Assembly (NCBI GenBank): GCA_012295275.1
Contig: CM022675.1
Coordinates: forward strand, 17,112,001 to 17,176,000
DNA: 64,000 bases
Direction of reading: 5' to 3'
DNA from: Chrysomallon squamiferum
Lineage: Eukaryota; Animalia; Mollusca
Shown here: piece by piece, positions 15,001-28,100 of the stretch
Numbering within the stretch: the stretch's first letter is position 1
Layout of the letters: each line of letters starts with the position of its first letter
Notes under the pieces: model-generated
Database searches by the model: none
Seen by the model: the letters and a program-made list of their open reading frames with translations, nothing else
Told to the model about the DNA's origin: nothing
Translations under genes and position numbers: made by a program

Positions 15001-18000
15001 ACCGAGCAATGAAAGCACGTAAACAACATTATTTTAAAAATTCTGCATGCAAGACATTATGCTATTTTCTCTAATGGCTTTATGTTAAGTGTGATCTCTA
15101 CTAACTGGCATGAACAATCACTCTGTAAAGTACTTCTAGAAAACCACACTATCATAAATATTACAAATGAAGGCTGAACATTAACGAGAAGTCGAAATAA
15201 TCCAGTGGTCAGTAACTGTCTGATTATATGGTACTTTAATATAATCAAATTGTACATGGTTTTCTCCTAGTATTTGAAATAAAAGAAACTGCTTCATAAG
15301 CTCAGCAATTACACTTGTCATGTAAACTAGTTAAAATTACACTCTGTATTGAGAATATATCTATTTAGTGCTATATTAACTAATGAGTAAATGAATGAAT
15401 AAACAGCACCCCAGCACTTTTAAAGAAAACTAATATTTAGGAGAACAATGTAATGATGTCAGAATTGTTTTGATACTTGGGAATTATACAGAGGAATATT
15501 TTACTCACTCCAATAACTGTCTGTAGAGGGGTTTGCCCACGCACATCTGCTGTTTGTCCTTTGGGAGCTTCTGGTCTAAGTCCCATTGGGTCAGGCACTG
15601 TAGGAGTAGGAGTTCGCAGTCGTGGTCCTGGGATTGGGTTTGGTCTTGTTGCCTGCCCTTGACTCAAAAGTCGCAACCTCTGCTGCATATAAGCATCATA
15701 TTCCTGCCTGTCACTTCGAGTCATCCTCACAGAATTTACAGATGTGCTAGCAGAACGTGGTGCTGAGGTTGTAGGTGCAGTAGTAGTTGCTGCAGTGGAT
15801 GCAGCCACTGAGGTCTGAGTCTGTGACTGTGAAGTTGTAGGTGGAGAGGGTGGGGGTGCCTGAGTTTGTGAAACAGGTGGTTGCTGTTGAGATGTGGGTG
15901 GTGGCAGAGGAGGAACATTTGGAGGCCAGTTTCTGCCAAACACCTCCTGAAAAATAATTTATATTCACATCCAAGCACTTTTAGGTATAACCTAACAGAT
16001 ACTTCTGTGTTTGTTTTCAACTAAATTCAACAAACGCAAAAATCCTTCATCAATAACCATTTAGACAAATTTTCATGAACTGTCTGGCAAGGCTTTTCTT
16101 TAATCAAGTAGATCATTAAGTGATATTAGAACTTAATGATCCTGAAGTATTTTTAAAAACTTTCAAAAATAAAACAAAAACAACAATGAACAAAACCATC
16201 TTAATAATTTCATTAATATTTCCTTAACTAAAACAATGTGCTGAGGTGTGGTTGAAGATACTTGTTTCTTCTGAAGGAATGTACGGCCAATTATTTTATT
16301 AACATTAATCTAATGTTAGTCTAAGCAAAAATATTAAAAAATTACAAATAACAAAATATGAAAACTAATAAATTTTATTAGTTTGCAAATACTTCACAAA
16401 AGATCTATGTATTTAGCAACAACTGGTCTGAAATCTAATATTCTAATAAACAGCACTAACTTTACTTTAAAATAAAAACTTATTCTAATTTAAGATTAAT
16501 CTTATTCCACAGCTATTCTATGCTACCTTGTACACATACCTTCTGCTTATTCCGGTAGTCTTGAAACTGCATCTGATGTTGACGCTGCTGTTTACGAAGA
16601 GACTCTAATTGTTTCTGGAGTCCTGACTGTTCGCCTGAGATTCTCTCAAGATCTGCTACATCAGATGGATTTAGTTCATTACCAACCTTCTTAGCCTATC
16701 AGTAAAAAATATTAATAGGATTCACTTAATTACCAATCCTCTTAGCTTATCAATATATAATATTTTGCATGTGCATCTGTTCTTGTGTGTATGTATGTGT
16801 GTACTGCAGGTGTTGTTTCTGCTTATGAAAATTGTGAATTCTGCTTGTAAAATGTGTTTTCAGTTTACTAACAAAAATTATTTTTCTATCTTCAGAACTA
16901 CTAAGCATTTTCAATGAATTTAATAAACATACTTCCTTGAAAAAAATGAAACACATTGCTATATTTATTTAATATAATGGTACAAATACAACAACATCTG
17001 TAACATTTCTATACAAACTGATTCGTTTAAAATTAATTTTAAAAACTCAAGAGATTAATATAGTTTATACCATTAATCCTTTTATTTTCTTTCAATAGCC
17101 TAATATTTAATAATTAGAACGACATTTTAGAAAGAAAATCAATTTTTATTTCAGTTGGTATCAATTCAGAAAGTGAGGAGTCTTTTGTTAATTTATATAA
17201 ATGTGTGCATGTACTCTTTCTTCCGTGCAATAATACACATCTTTGGAATTAGCCAACCAAAGAGAACAGAAATGAGCTAAGTGACTTAACTAAAATGGCT
17301 CAACTGTTGAATTAAGCAGAAAAATTGTTTATTTATTAATAAATAAATAAATCTGTAAACTGACAAAAGATACTGGCATTTTGATTGATAATTCAGAAAA
17401 ATTTAAATTCTATTTGATGGATATATTTACATACATACATACATACAAAACACATATACATATACATACATATACACACATGCACAAACACACACACACA
17501 TACATACATACATACATACATACATAAATAAATAAATAAATAAATAAATAAATTTATGTATGTATGTATGTAAATGTGTGTATATGTATGTATATATGTT
17601 TTTTGTTATGTATGTATTATATCCATCAAATAGAATTTAAATTTTTCTGAATTATCAATCAAAATGCCAAATTTATTTATTTATGTATATGTATGTATGT
17701 ATGTATGTGTGTGTGTGTTTGTGCATGTGTGTATAAATATGTGTTTTGTATGTATGTATGTATGTAAATATATCCATCAAATAGAATTTAAATTTTTCTG
17801 AATTATCAATCAAAATGCCAGTATCTTTTGTCAGTTTACAGATTTATTTATTTATGTATGTATGTATGTATGTATGTGTGTGTGTGTTTGTGCATGTGTG
17901 TATATGTATGTATATGTATATGTGTTTTGTATGTATGTATGTATGTAAATATATCCATCAAATAGAATTTAAATTTTTCTGAATTATCAATCAAAATGCC

Positions 18001-19084
18001 AGTATCTTTTGTCAGTTTACAGATTTATTTATTTATGTATGTATGTATGTATGTATGTGTGTGTGTGTTTGTGCAATATATGTATGTATATGTATATGTG
18101 TTTTGTATGTATGTATGTATGTAAATATATCCATCAAATAGAATTTAAATTTTTCTGAATTATCAATCAAAATGCCAGTATCTTTTGTCAGTTTACAGAT
18201 TTATTTATTTATGTATGTACATGTATGTATGTATGTATGTGTGTGTGTGTTTGTGCATGTGTGTATATGTATGTATATGTATATGTGTTTTGTATGTATG
18301 TATGTATGTAAATATATCCATCAAATAGAATTAAAATTTTTCTGAATTATCAATCAAAATGCCAGTATCTTTTGTCAGTTTACAGATTTATTTATTTATG
18401 TATGTATGTATGTATGTATGTGTGTGTGTGTTTGTGCATGTGTGTATATGTATGTATATGTATATGTGTTTTGTATGTATGTATGTATGTAAATATATCC
18501 ATCAAATAGAATTTAAATTTTTCTGAATTATCAATCAAAATGCCAGTATCTTTTGTCAGTTTACAGATTTATTTATTTATGTATGTATGTATGTATGTAT
18601 GTATGTGTGTGTGTGTTTGTGCATGTGTGTATATGTATGTATATGTATATGTGTTTTGTATGTATGTATGTATGTAAATATATCCATCAAATAGAATTTA
18701 AATTTTTCTGAATTATCAATCAAAATGCCAGTATCTTTTGTCAGTTTACAGATTTATTTATTTATGTATGTATGTATGTATGTATGTGTGTGTGTGTTTG
18801 TGCATGTGTGTATATGTATGTATATGTATATGTGTTTTGTATGTATGTATGTATGTAAATATATCCATCAAATAGAATTTAAATTTTTCTGAATTATCAA
18901 TCAAAATGCCAGTATCTTTTGTCAGTTTACAGATTTATTTATTTATGTATGTATGTATGTATGTATGTATATATATCCATCAAATAGAATTTAAATTTTT
19001 CTGAATTATCAATCAAAATGCCTATCTTTTGTGTATGTGTGTGTGTGTGTGTATATATACACACACACACACACAAATACATAT

Positions 19085-19138
<54 letters not shown>

Positions 19139-22100
19139 TCTAAAGTGTGTACCTGACGTTGCCTGGCCTGAATTGTTTTCTTGGCTCTCTTTTGTTTCTG
19201 GATCTGCTGTTCTAGCAGTTTAATTTGCATGTCCAGAAATTGAGCTTGTTTTGTTAGCCAGTCTTCATACTGGAACATCTGACGATGATATTCAGGTCCA
19301 AGCTCCCCTGCAAAATAAGATGATTTTATAAATGTACTTAAAACAACTATGATTTTATTTAAAATGTAACTTCAGTGGTATTAACAAATATCCTGAATAT
19401 TTATTTTCTATCTATATTTGCTTCTAAGCACAAACTTGTAAAAAATAATCTTAATATATTACATCTACTTTACCCCATTCATGTATCTTTAAAATAACCC
19501 AGCTGTGTTTTATTTATTGGCAGATAATTACTACCTGGCGGAGGTGGTATTGGTGGTTGTGGTGGGGGCTGTAACATTGTCAGGGGGCTCATTCTTGGAG
19601 CCTGCATGCCTGGTGATGGTGACTGAAATGGGGATGGTGTTCGAGGACTCAACTGCTGGGTTGGAGGACGTCCAGAAAATCCTGGAAACTGTGGACTGTC
19701 ACCTTGTTGTGGACTGGTCTGGGATGGTGGACCAGGCCATGGTGTTTCTGGAGACTGCATTCTACAAATATTAAAGTTAATGAGATGCATAATTTAACAA
19801 ATCCAAAATAATATCTATTCTAAATAAATATGGGATCTACCTGATCATAATAATATCTAATTATATCAGTCTAATTAATGAATAATATCTCAAAATAAAA
19901 TACATATAAAAATATCTCCTTGAAATATTTCAGTTTTGAAAGTTACATCTTTCAGAGCAAATTACTAAAAAAAATTGAACCAGTACTCAATCTACAAGAT
20001 AGATACTGTTTCAACATTTTACTATCATATGATTAAAATAACAGCACACAGTGATATTGTTTTCTGACAATGTATTAATTTCAATGTACCTAAGACCATG
20101 CTCCATTCGTGGGCCAATCTGTTGCACAGTGTTCATTCCTGATGGAGGAGGTAATCCTACAATGATGATCAAGGCAATTATAATAACTACTTTTACATTT
20201 AACAAACTGTATAAAATAATATGTAAGCAGATAAGCATTTCTTCTTAACCTACTTCATAACTGCATCAGATATGAAGTTTATACATTTATCAAAACCTGA
20301 ACAAAGAAATCGTGATGTCTGTGTATTGTTTTAGTAAAACCTCTTGATATTGATCATCAGCACACACTATAAATAGCAGTTTTTTATTTCCTAATCAGTT
20401 CTTGCATTCAACCATTGCATTTAGAGTGAAATAGAAAAGCCATGGTTACCTGGTCTCATTCCACCTGGCATGTCAAGTTTACCTGTTTCCCGACGGAGAA
20501 GAGCTTGCTGTTCTAACTGTCTTTTCTGTTCAAGTTTTTCCTTTAAAAATAAAATCAAGAATTTATTAAAAGTTTCAGTAACAGGTAAAACACATTTAAT
20601 GTTCCTTTTATATAAAATTTTATATACACATAAAAATATAAGCCTCTTCTCTAAGGTTTTTGCTATGTCGTATGCCATGACTAAGAGACACTTGATACTG
20701 AGCCATTTCAAAACATGAGTTTTGCCTGACTGAACAAAGAAGAATTTTACTGGATAAAACAGAGAGTGTATCATTTTAGGACATATGTTGTATGTCTGAC
20801 TACAGGGCAGTCAAGGATTATTACATGCATTTAGATTTTAAGCTCTGATTGAAGATTATATTTTTAACAGTATAGAGATTACAGAACTGACCCAGTTTCT
20901 TACCTGTTCTAATAATTCATCAAGAAGAGTATGTTGTTGTTCCTTCTGTGGCATTCCTGGTCTCACTTTTCCTTGTGATACCTGTGGAGGACCTGCACCA
21001 GCACTTCCACCTGGTCCTCCCTGGAAACCAGACATTCCTGTTAATGATTGTCTTTGCATTCTCATACTTGGATGTTGTAATCTTTGCTGTCCTGGTCCAA
21101 ATGGACGCATTCCTCTTGGTCCAAGATTACCCTGAGCATGAGCCAGCTGCTGCTGCAGGTTTGGATGTGCTGCACCAGGCATGCCCATTTCAGGCCTTGG
21201 GCCCATCATTACTGGGTGCATTCCTCCTGCTGAACTTGCTGGCATTCCTCCTGATGCTGGCAAAAGTTTTGACAGCTCCTGAATTCCTTGCAGTGTTTGG
21301 GATACTGAGTGCTGACCTGCACTGTCCATTAATAAACTCTGCCCAGGCATTCTCTGAGTTTTAGGAGTCATCTGGCCATCATTCTGCGGCTGTCCCAAAT
21401 CCTGAAAACTTTGGGATGATGGAGGGAAAGGCATCCTTTGGCCTGGTCCTTGCTGCCTAATAACTTGTTGTGCAGCAGCTGACTGGCCATAGAGAATACT
21501 TTCAGGAGTTGGGGTTAATGTGTTTCTTGGTGTCTGAGAAGGTGGCTGTCCATAAGTTCCTTGAGCATACTGATTAGTTGGAGTGATTGTTCCCCTAGGT
21601 GAATGCTGTAGAGGAAATGGTGGATGGCCCAAAGTCATGCTGGGTGGAGTGTTTGCCAAAGATGGCTGAGGAGCCATTGTATACATTACTGATGACTGAG
21701 CTCGACTTGCTCCTGATGAAGGAAATGGAGACTGAGACCCAGGTATCATTCCAGTGCTAAAGGGTGAATGTGAAGCTACAGGTGGACTAAAAGGTGAATG
21801 TCCTGCTGAAGAGAAAGGAGACAACTGTTGGCCTGGAGTCACAGGTTGACTAAGTGGAGAGTGACTTGGCATAAGTTGATTAAATGGTGACTGCATGTTT
21901 GGTGTCCGTGGTGAATGTTGACCACTTCTTGGAGATGATATGCCTGCACCTGATGGTGACATCTGAATAGGGGTATGCTGACCTCCTTGCAGTGGAGACA
22001 TCACATGGGAAAGTCCTTGCCTCTGTACTGACCCCAAAGAAAGGGAATCTGGACACATTCGTTCTTCTCGTTCTTGTCGACTTCCAATAGGTTCTGTTCC

Positions 22101-25100
22101 TTGGAGCAATGCTGCAATATGACTTACTCCAGGAATATTTGTTTTGCTGTCCTTTGTTTCTTTCTGACCTTCTTTCTTCTCATCAGAAGACTTAGGATCC
22201 TTCAGTTTCAGACTTTCTTCTTCTATTTCTTCTGCTCGTTTCTGACTGAACTCCAAAAATTTTGCTTGGAAATCAGTGATTCCCTTTTCTTGTGGTTTCT
22301 CATCATTGTCTTTCTCATCTCCTGTTGCTGTTTGTTCATCACTTTTTCTTACATTGGATTTTGTAACAGATGTCTGAGGATCCATGCCTTCAAGTTTAGT
22401 TAAGTCTTCTGTTTTTACATCTGTGTGTGCACTTTTTGTCTCATCCATGAAATCTAAAGTCTCCTCAAGAATTTTGTCATCATCAAGATTCAGCTCAGGA
22501 TCAGCATATTTTAAAATGTCAAATGTTCCATCAGCACCAGTGAAAAAGCCTGTAATCAAAAGTAAGAATATTCTAAATCAGGAGAGGAAAAGTTTGAAAA
22601 ATGCAACCAAAGTCATCTACTGACCTTTTAGTGGTAGTAACGTGTCTACCAGATAGTGGTAAGTAACACATTCACTACCATGAAATTGAGCTATATTCCT
22701 TTTTAGTTGTGGATATATTTATTTGACTGTTATTATTGTATATTAATTGTTTACCAAGTTAAGAAAAGTAATGTCTCTTATTTCCTGATTTTTACTATTG
22801 CAAACAATCCACCTATTTACTGAAAGATTTTATGTTAAACTTACTAAGCAGATCATCATCTTCATGTTTTTCATCTTCTGACATGGATGGTTTGGAGACT
22901 TTAACATCAATGTCTGGGAGCTGTAACTGATCTCCATCAGGATGTGACAGCTGTGAACTCTCTGAACCTCGCTTCAGGTCAGCATTCTGAAACATGTCAT
23001 CCTCACTGCCTGCCTGAGTATCAGACAACTGTTTTGATAAATCAGCATCTGGAAAAAATAATTTGAAATTTTGTTTTGAACTACATTCTCTTCTATTTTG
23101 TTTCCCAAACATTTTACTGCTTTACACTTGATTCAAAAACAGAAATTAAATTAAAAAAACAAAATAAACCAACAAATCCCTTTCAACCAAATTAAGAAAA
23201 AATATATTACAACTTTATAAAGAAAATCAACTCTCACAGTAATCTACTCTTACAGTAGTTTTTGATTTGTTGTTTTGATTTATAGTTACTTAACTACAGT
23301 AATTATCATCCCTTTGTTTATATTCAACATTTTATTGTTGCATTAACATGTATTCTTCTGAACAATTAAGATTTTAGTATTTTACTTTTATTCTTCTTTG
23401 ATAAAATAAAAGTGAAAAAATAATATCAGAATGGTTTATTATACAATATGAGGACTAATATTTCATTTTAGTCATGTAGTACAATCTCATAACATTTCAA
23501 CAATATAAGACTCTTATGATCATTTATTTCAACATTTTGTAATTTGTCGTCATCATCATCAAGATTTCTTGTAAATTATAGTAAAAGTATTACTACTATG
23601 TTTCTGAAACGAATTATCTAGCAAACCAACTATGAAAAGATATGTATATAATGAAAAAAAGTATTACAGCAAACTAACAAAATTCAAAATGATTTTGACA
23701 CCAAATCTGTAATAAACAATTAAATATATTACAAGTGTGAAATGATAAACAGTTGTTATAAAACATCATTAATAAACAAAACATACAATAGCTGAAACCA
23801 CAACATGAACCAACAAAATACCTTGTGGTCCCATTTTAGCCTCTAAATGTTCAGAAGAATTATCACCTGATGACTGTCTTTGAAGCTCAATAGTAGCATC
23901 AGTCCGTGACACATGAACAAACTGTTGATTGAAACTTGTTGATGATATAGATGAATTAGGGTGCTGCTGCAGTTGCTGACCAAGCACAGCCAACAGTGGA
24001 TGTCCAGGTGGGATCAATCCTTGAGCATGCAGTGCCTGAACAAACTGTACTCTCTGTGCAGGAGGCATTTGTTCCTACAGAAAAATCCTTTTATGTCATA
24101 AGGTCATTGAAATTCATAAAATAATATATATATTCCAGATCTTTTGGAAACTGTTATCAAAGGATTACGTTGTACTTAAGACTTGGAATGACAGAAATGA
24201 CAAAAATAACTGTAATCAAAATATATGTGCTAATTGACAGAAATTTAATATGTTGGAAGACTTACTAATTGTTGTGGTGTAGGAAAAGGTCCACCTGCAT
24301 GTCCATGTCCTTGCTGAGGTAGATCTGATATTGGAGGATGCAACTGCCTCATCCCCATAGGAAATCGTGGTCGCATCCCTTCCAGGTATGGCCCTCTAGG
24401 TGCAAGAAAATTTCCTCTCTCTGAAGAAAAGTTTACATAAAAGTCACAAATGTCTTTAATATTATATCACAACAATATATATGGATGAAATGATTAACAT
24501 TTATTTCAAATTTAGCATTTTAACATGTTTAATTATTATTATTGAGCTGCTAATTATTTTTCAAACTAATATTCTGAAATATGAAACAGTGTATTTTGCA
24601 ATACCTCCAAAATGTGCTGGATTTGGAGGTCGGACTAGCCTCTGTCCAAGAGGCCAGCGTTCAGGAGGAGAACCAGATACAGGTTGATCAGTCATTCCAG
24701 GATTGAGGCCTGTCAAATTTAAATGCAATTATTATTACCTCTCTACAACATTATTATGAGGAAACAAGGTAAAAAAATAAACACGACAAAAACAAAAACA
24801 CACACACACACAACAAAAAAACTGAATTAATAAATTTCAGACTTGTACTTATGTATTAAATACTTCAAATCATTTATAATATAAAAGTAAGTGATCATGT
24901 ATATTCAACAGCTAACCTTGAGGCCTAGGTCCCATTGCTCTTGGAGACCCATCAGAGGGTGGCCATTGTGGATGACCTCCCATATGTGCCTGTTGTATCA
25001 TTTCTTCTTTCTGTTTCTTCATAATCTGTTGAGCAAGTATTTCTCGCAGCTGTTGGTGTGGTATATTTGTTTGATTTCGATCTCCTTCGCCTTGGTCACC

Positions 25101-28100
25101 TGGACCCTATAAATCATTCACACAAAATACACCTATGTAACACTTACATCTGCTCCATGTAAATACTTAACATCGTTCATTTAAAAAAAAAAAAAAAAAA
25201 AAAAAAAATTTTGCCTCCTTAATCAAAGCTGCATGTAACCAATTAAAAAGCTCTTTTAAGCAGTGTATTTTTCATTTGATCTGTTACAAAAAATTATTAT
25301 AAAGCATGCATATAAAAATATTACAAATAACAATATTCAAAAATATTACTAGTCAAAAATGATCCAAAAAAAAAAAAAAAAAATCCCAGGAAAGGAAGGA
25401 ATTGAAACTAAAATTGAAGAATAATAACAAATTTTAAAAAAAGAAAGAAAATAAAATGATCAGGCATTTGTTTTGTATTAGTATTCAGTACTACATATAT
25501 TAAAAATGGATATTAAGATGCTTTATTGACCATAACCATTATGTTAGAAAAAAATGTTATAAAGCAATCTAACTCTCAAGAATCATCTATAAAATGAAAA
25601 AGTGGCAATGAATAAATGTCAAAAATAATCCAGTATTTGTTTTTAATATCCATACCAAAACACTTTCTTTTCTTTCTCGGTCATATGTCTAGTCAGTCAG
25701 TTTAATCAAAATTTTGATAAACTATGGAACTGCATATTCACCAAAAATAAGATAAAAATGTTTTTAAAATTTTAACCGACAAATCACTATAATCTATGAT
25801 AGAACCAATGTTATTCTTTTACTGATAAAGAACAGAAAGTATAACCTTTGTAACTGTTTGATAATTGTTTCATTCTAGCCTTAATGGTTTAACATTAGTG
25901 TGTAGGCACTCATTTCTATCCAAAGCTAATTGGGAAGTGTAGGCTACCTTGTTTTTCTAACATTACCAAGTCTTTAGCAAGACAAACCAGACTTCTGGAT
26001 TCCTTGTCCAAGGCAGAAATGATGTACCTTTAGTGGACATTAAACATAGTTTATGTAACTGATAATTCTGTGAATATGATTACAAATAGCTAAAACCATG
26101 TTTTTAGGACATAACAGAAATTTACCAAGACTTCACATTGAATTATAGATTTAAATATCAGTTACTCTCAATCCAAAATAAATAAATTAAAAGTTACTTT
26201 TCTGTTCCCTATATGTAATCAAACAAACATTAAAACCAATTATACGGAAGGGAAGTGTCGTGATACATTTTTTTTAGGGGGTGGATTATTTTGTGAAAAT
26301 CATATAACATGGACTGAAGCTGCTAAAAGAAATAACAACTATATGAAGTGCAGAACTAACTTACCAAAAAAGGGTGCTTATAAGAGAAGGACCATGTCCC
26401 TGAAGATAAGACTGAACCCCGACGTCTGCCAAATAGTTGCTCGTGCTACACAACAATGATACGAAGATTTTAATTCAAGCATCTACAAGCCTAACTCTTG
26501 ACACTAAGTGTTATGAGCTAATTTCACATGCTATTTAATTAACCACAAATATTTCTTTTCTTATACTGTATTTCATAACTGTGAAATTATTTTTATGTAT
26601 ATCTCATATTTACATTAATTTCCTTCTTTTACAAAGACATTTTGAAATGTTCATCAAATTATAACAATGAAGTCAGTCTTTATATATATATATATATATA
26701 ACCCGTTACTGTCTTCCTTTTCCTTTGCTCCTAATATAGTAATAGAAATGTAATTTCTATATAAACCTTGAATGCAAAAACTTAATTGTTATACAATGAA
26801 TGAGAGCGATAATTTAGTTGTTCAGAACAGAGTAAGGTTTATATAATATTTCACTGTAGGCATTTCCCTATCTAAAGATTAACTGAATTTACTCATTTAT
26901 TATACATAAGAAATGACTAAGAATTGAAAACAAGAAGGCCTATTTATTATTAATAGATCTGTTACATGTGAAATTAGTTCACGTGCCAGAATCTTTTCTG
27001 ATATCAAGTTGTTTCAGTTAGTACTCTAGTCTGCAAATATGCTAAGGAATGCACTTATTTATTTATAATTATTAATTTTATTTTTAATTTATTTTATTTA
27101 TTATTATTTTTTTAAAGATTTATTTTATGCACCTTTGAACAAAACAGTACAGTGTTATTAATCATTAATTTTTATTACAATATTATTTTTATCTTTTCTC
27201 AGAAATTACTTTTTTCAAAATAATTTGGAGATGACAGAAGAATGACAAGAATGCATCAAACAAAATAAGTCAATGAAACACTGGACAACCCAATTGTAAT
27301 GTTTCTCTTTCTATATTTAAATATGTTTTAACTGTGGAGGTTTTGTTTTTGAGCATATTTTAAAATTAATTCTTTCTTCTTCATTTTCAGATCATTTTAT
27401 AGTCAAAACAATTTCTATTCTTTAAAGTTTTAACATCCAGATTTTATTCACTGATCTATGAAGATATTTCAGAGTTGTTAAATTATGAATTACAATAAAA
27501 CAAACAATGATACAAAATTGGTTAAGCAGTTAAAAGAACAAGTAATAATTAACAACAAAAAAGATTATGGCACGTACATGTAGTGTTAAAATCTAGACTA
27601 AATAAAGAGCTATTCAAAAAACAAAATGTGAAGAGAAAAAAGAAAAAGACAAGACAAGAAAAGAAAAGTAAACCCCTCAATAAACAAGCACTTATTATGT
27701 ACATATGTGTACACATATACAGACACTTTCTTTTTCTTTCATTAAATACATATTTACAGGTGTTTCATTTTTGCTTCTGGACTCCACCACCCCTGTGCAG
27801 TAATGTGGATTTCAAAAACAGAAAAATGCCCATTGCTTTCAAAGTTCATTAGCAGTTTCCTAGTTAAAGAACAAACTGGAATCTGTTTTATTTCTTGGAA
27901 TAGCTCAACATATTTCATTAAGTGCAACTGAAGTTTAGGTTACAAACTGTCAATGATACTTTCTATAAACTAATAACAAAAACCGTAACAGTATATAAAA
28001 ATATACATTAACTCAGTCTAAATTAATGTTTATCTAACTCTACATATTACAAAACCTACAAAACGATTATCAGTATTAAGAAAAAAAAACAGTTTATGAA

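Noticed and set aside
18939-19223. ORFs such as MCVCVCV and THTHTH
   Set aside because: They are translations of (CA/TG)n microsatellites.
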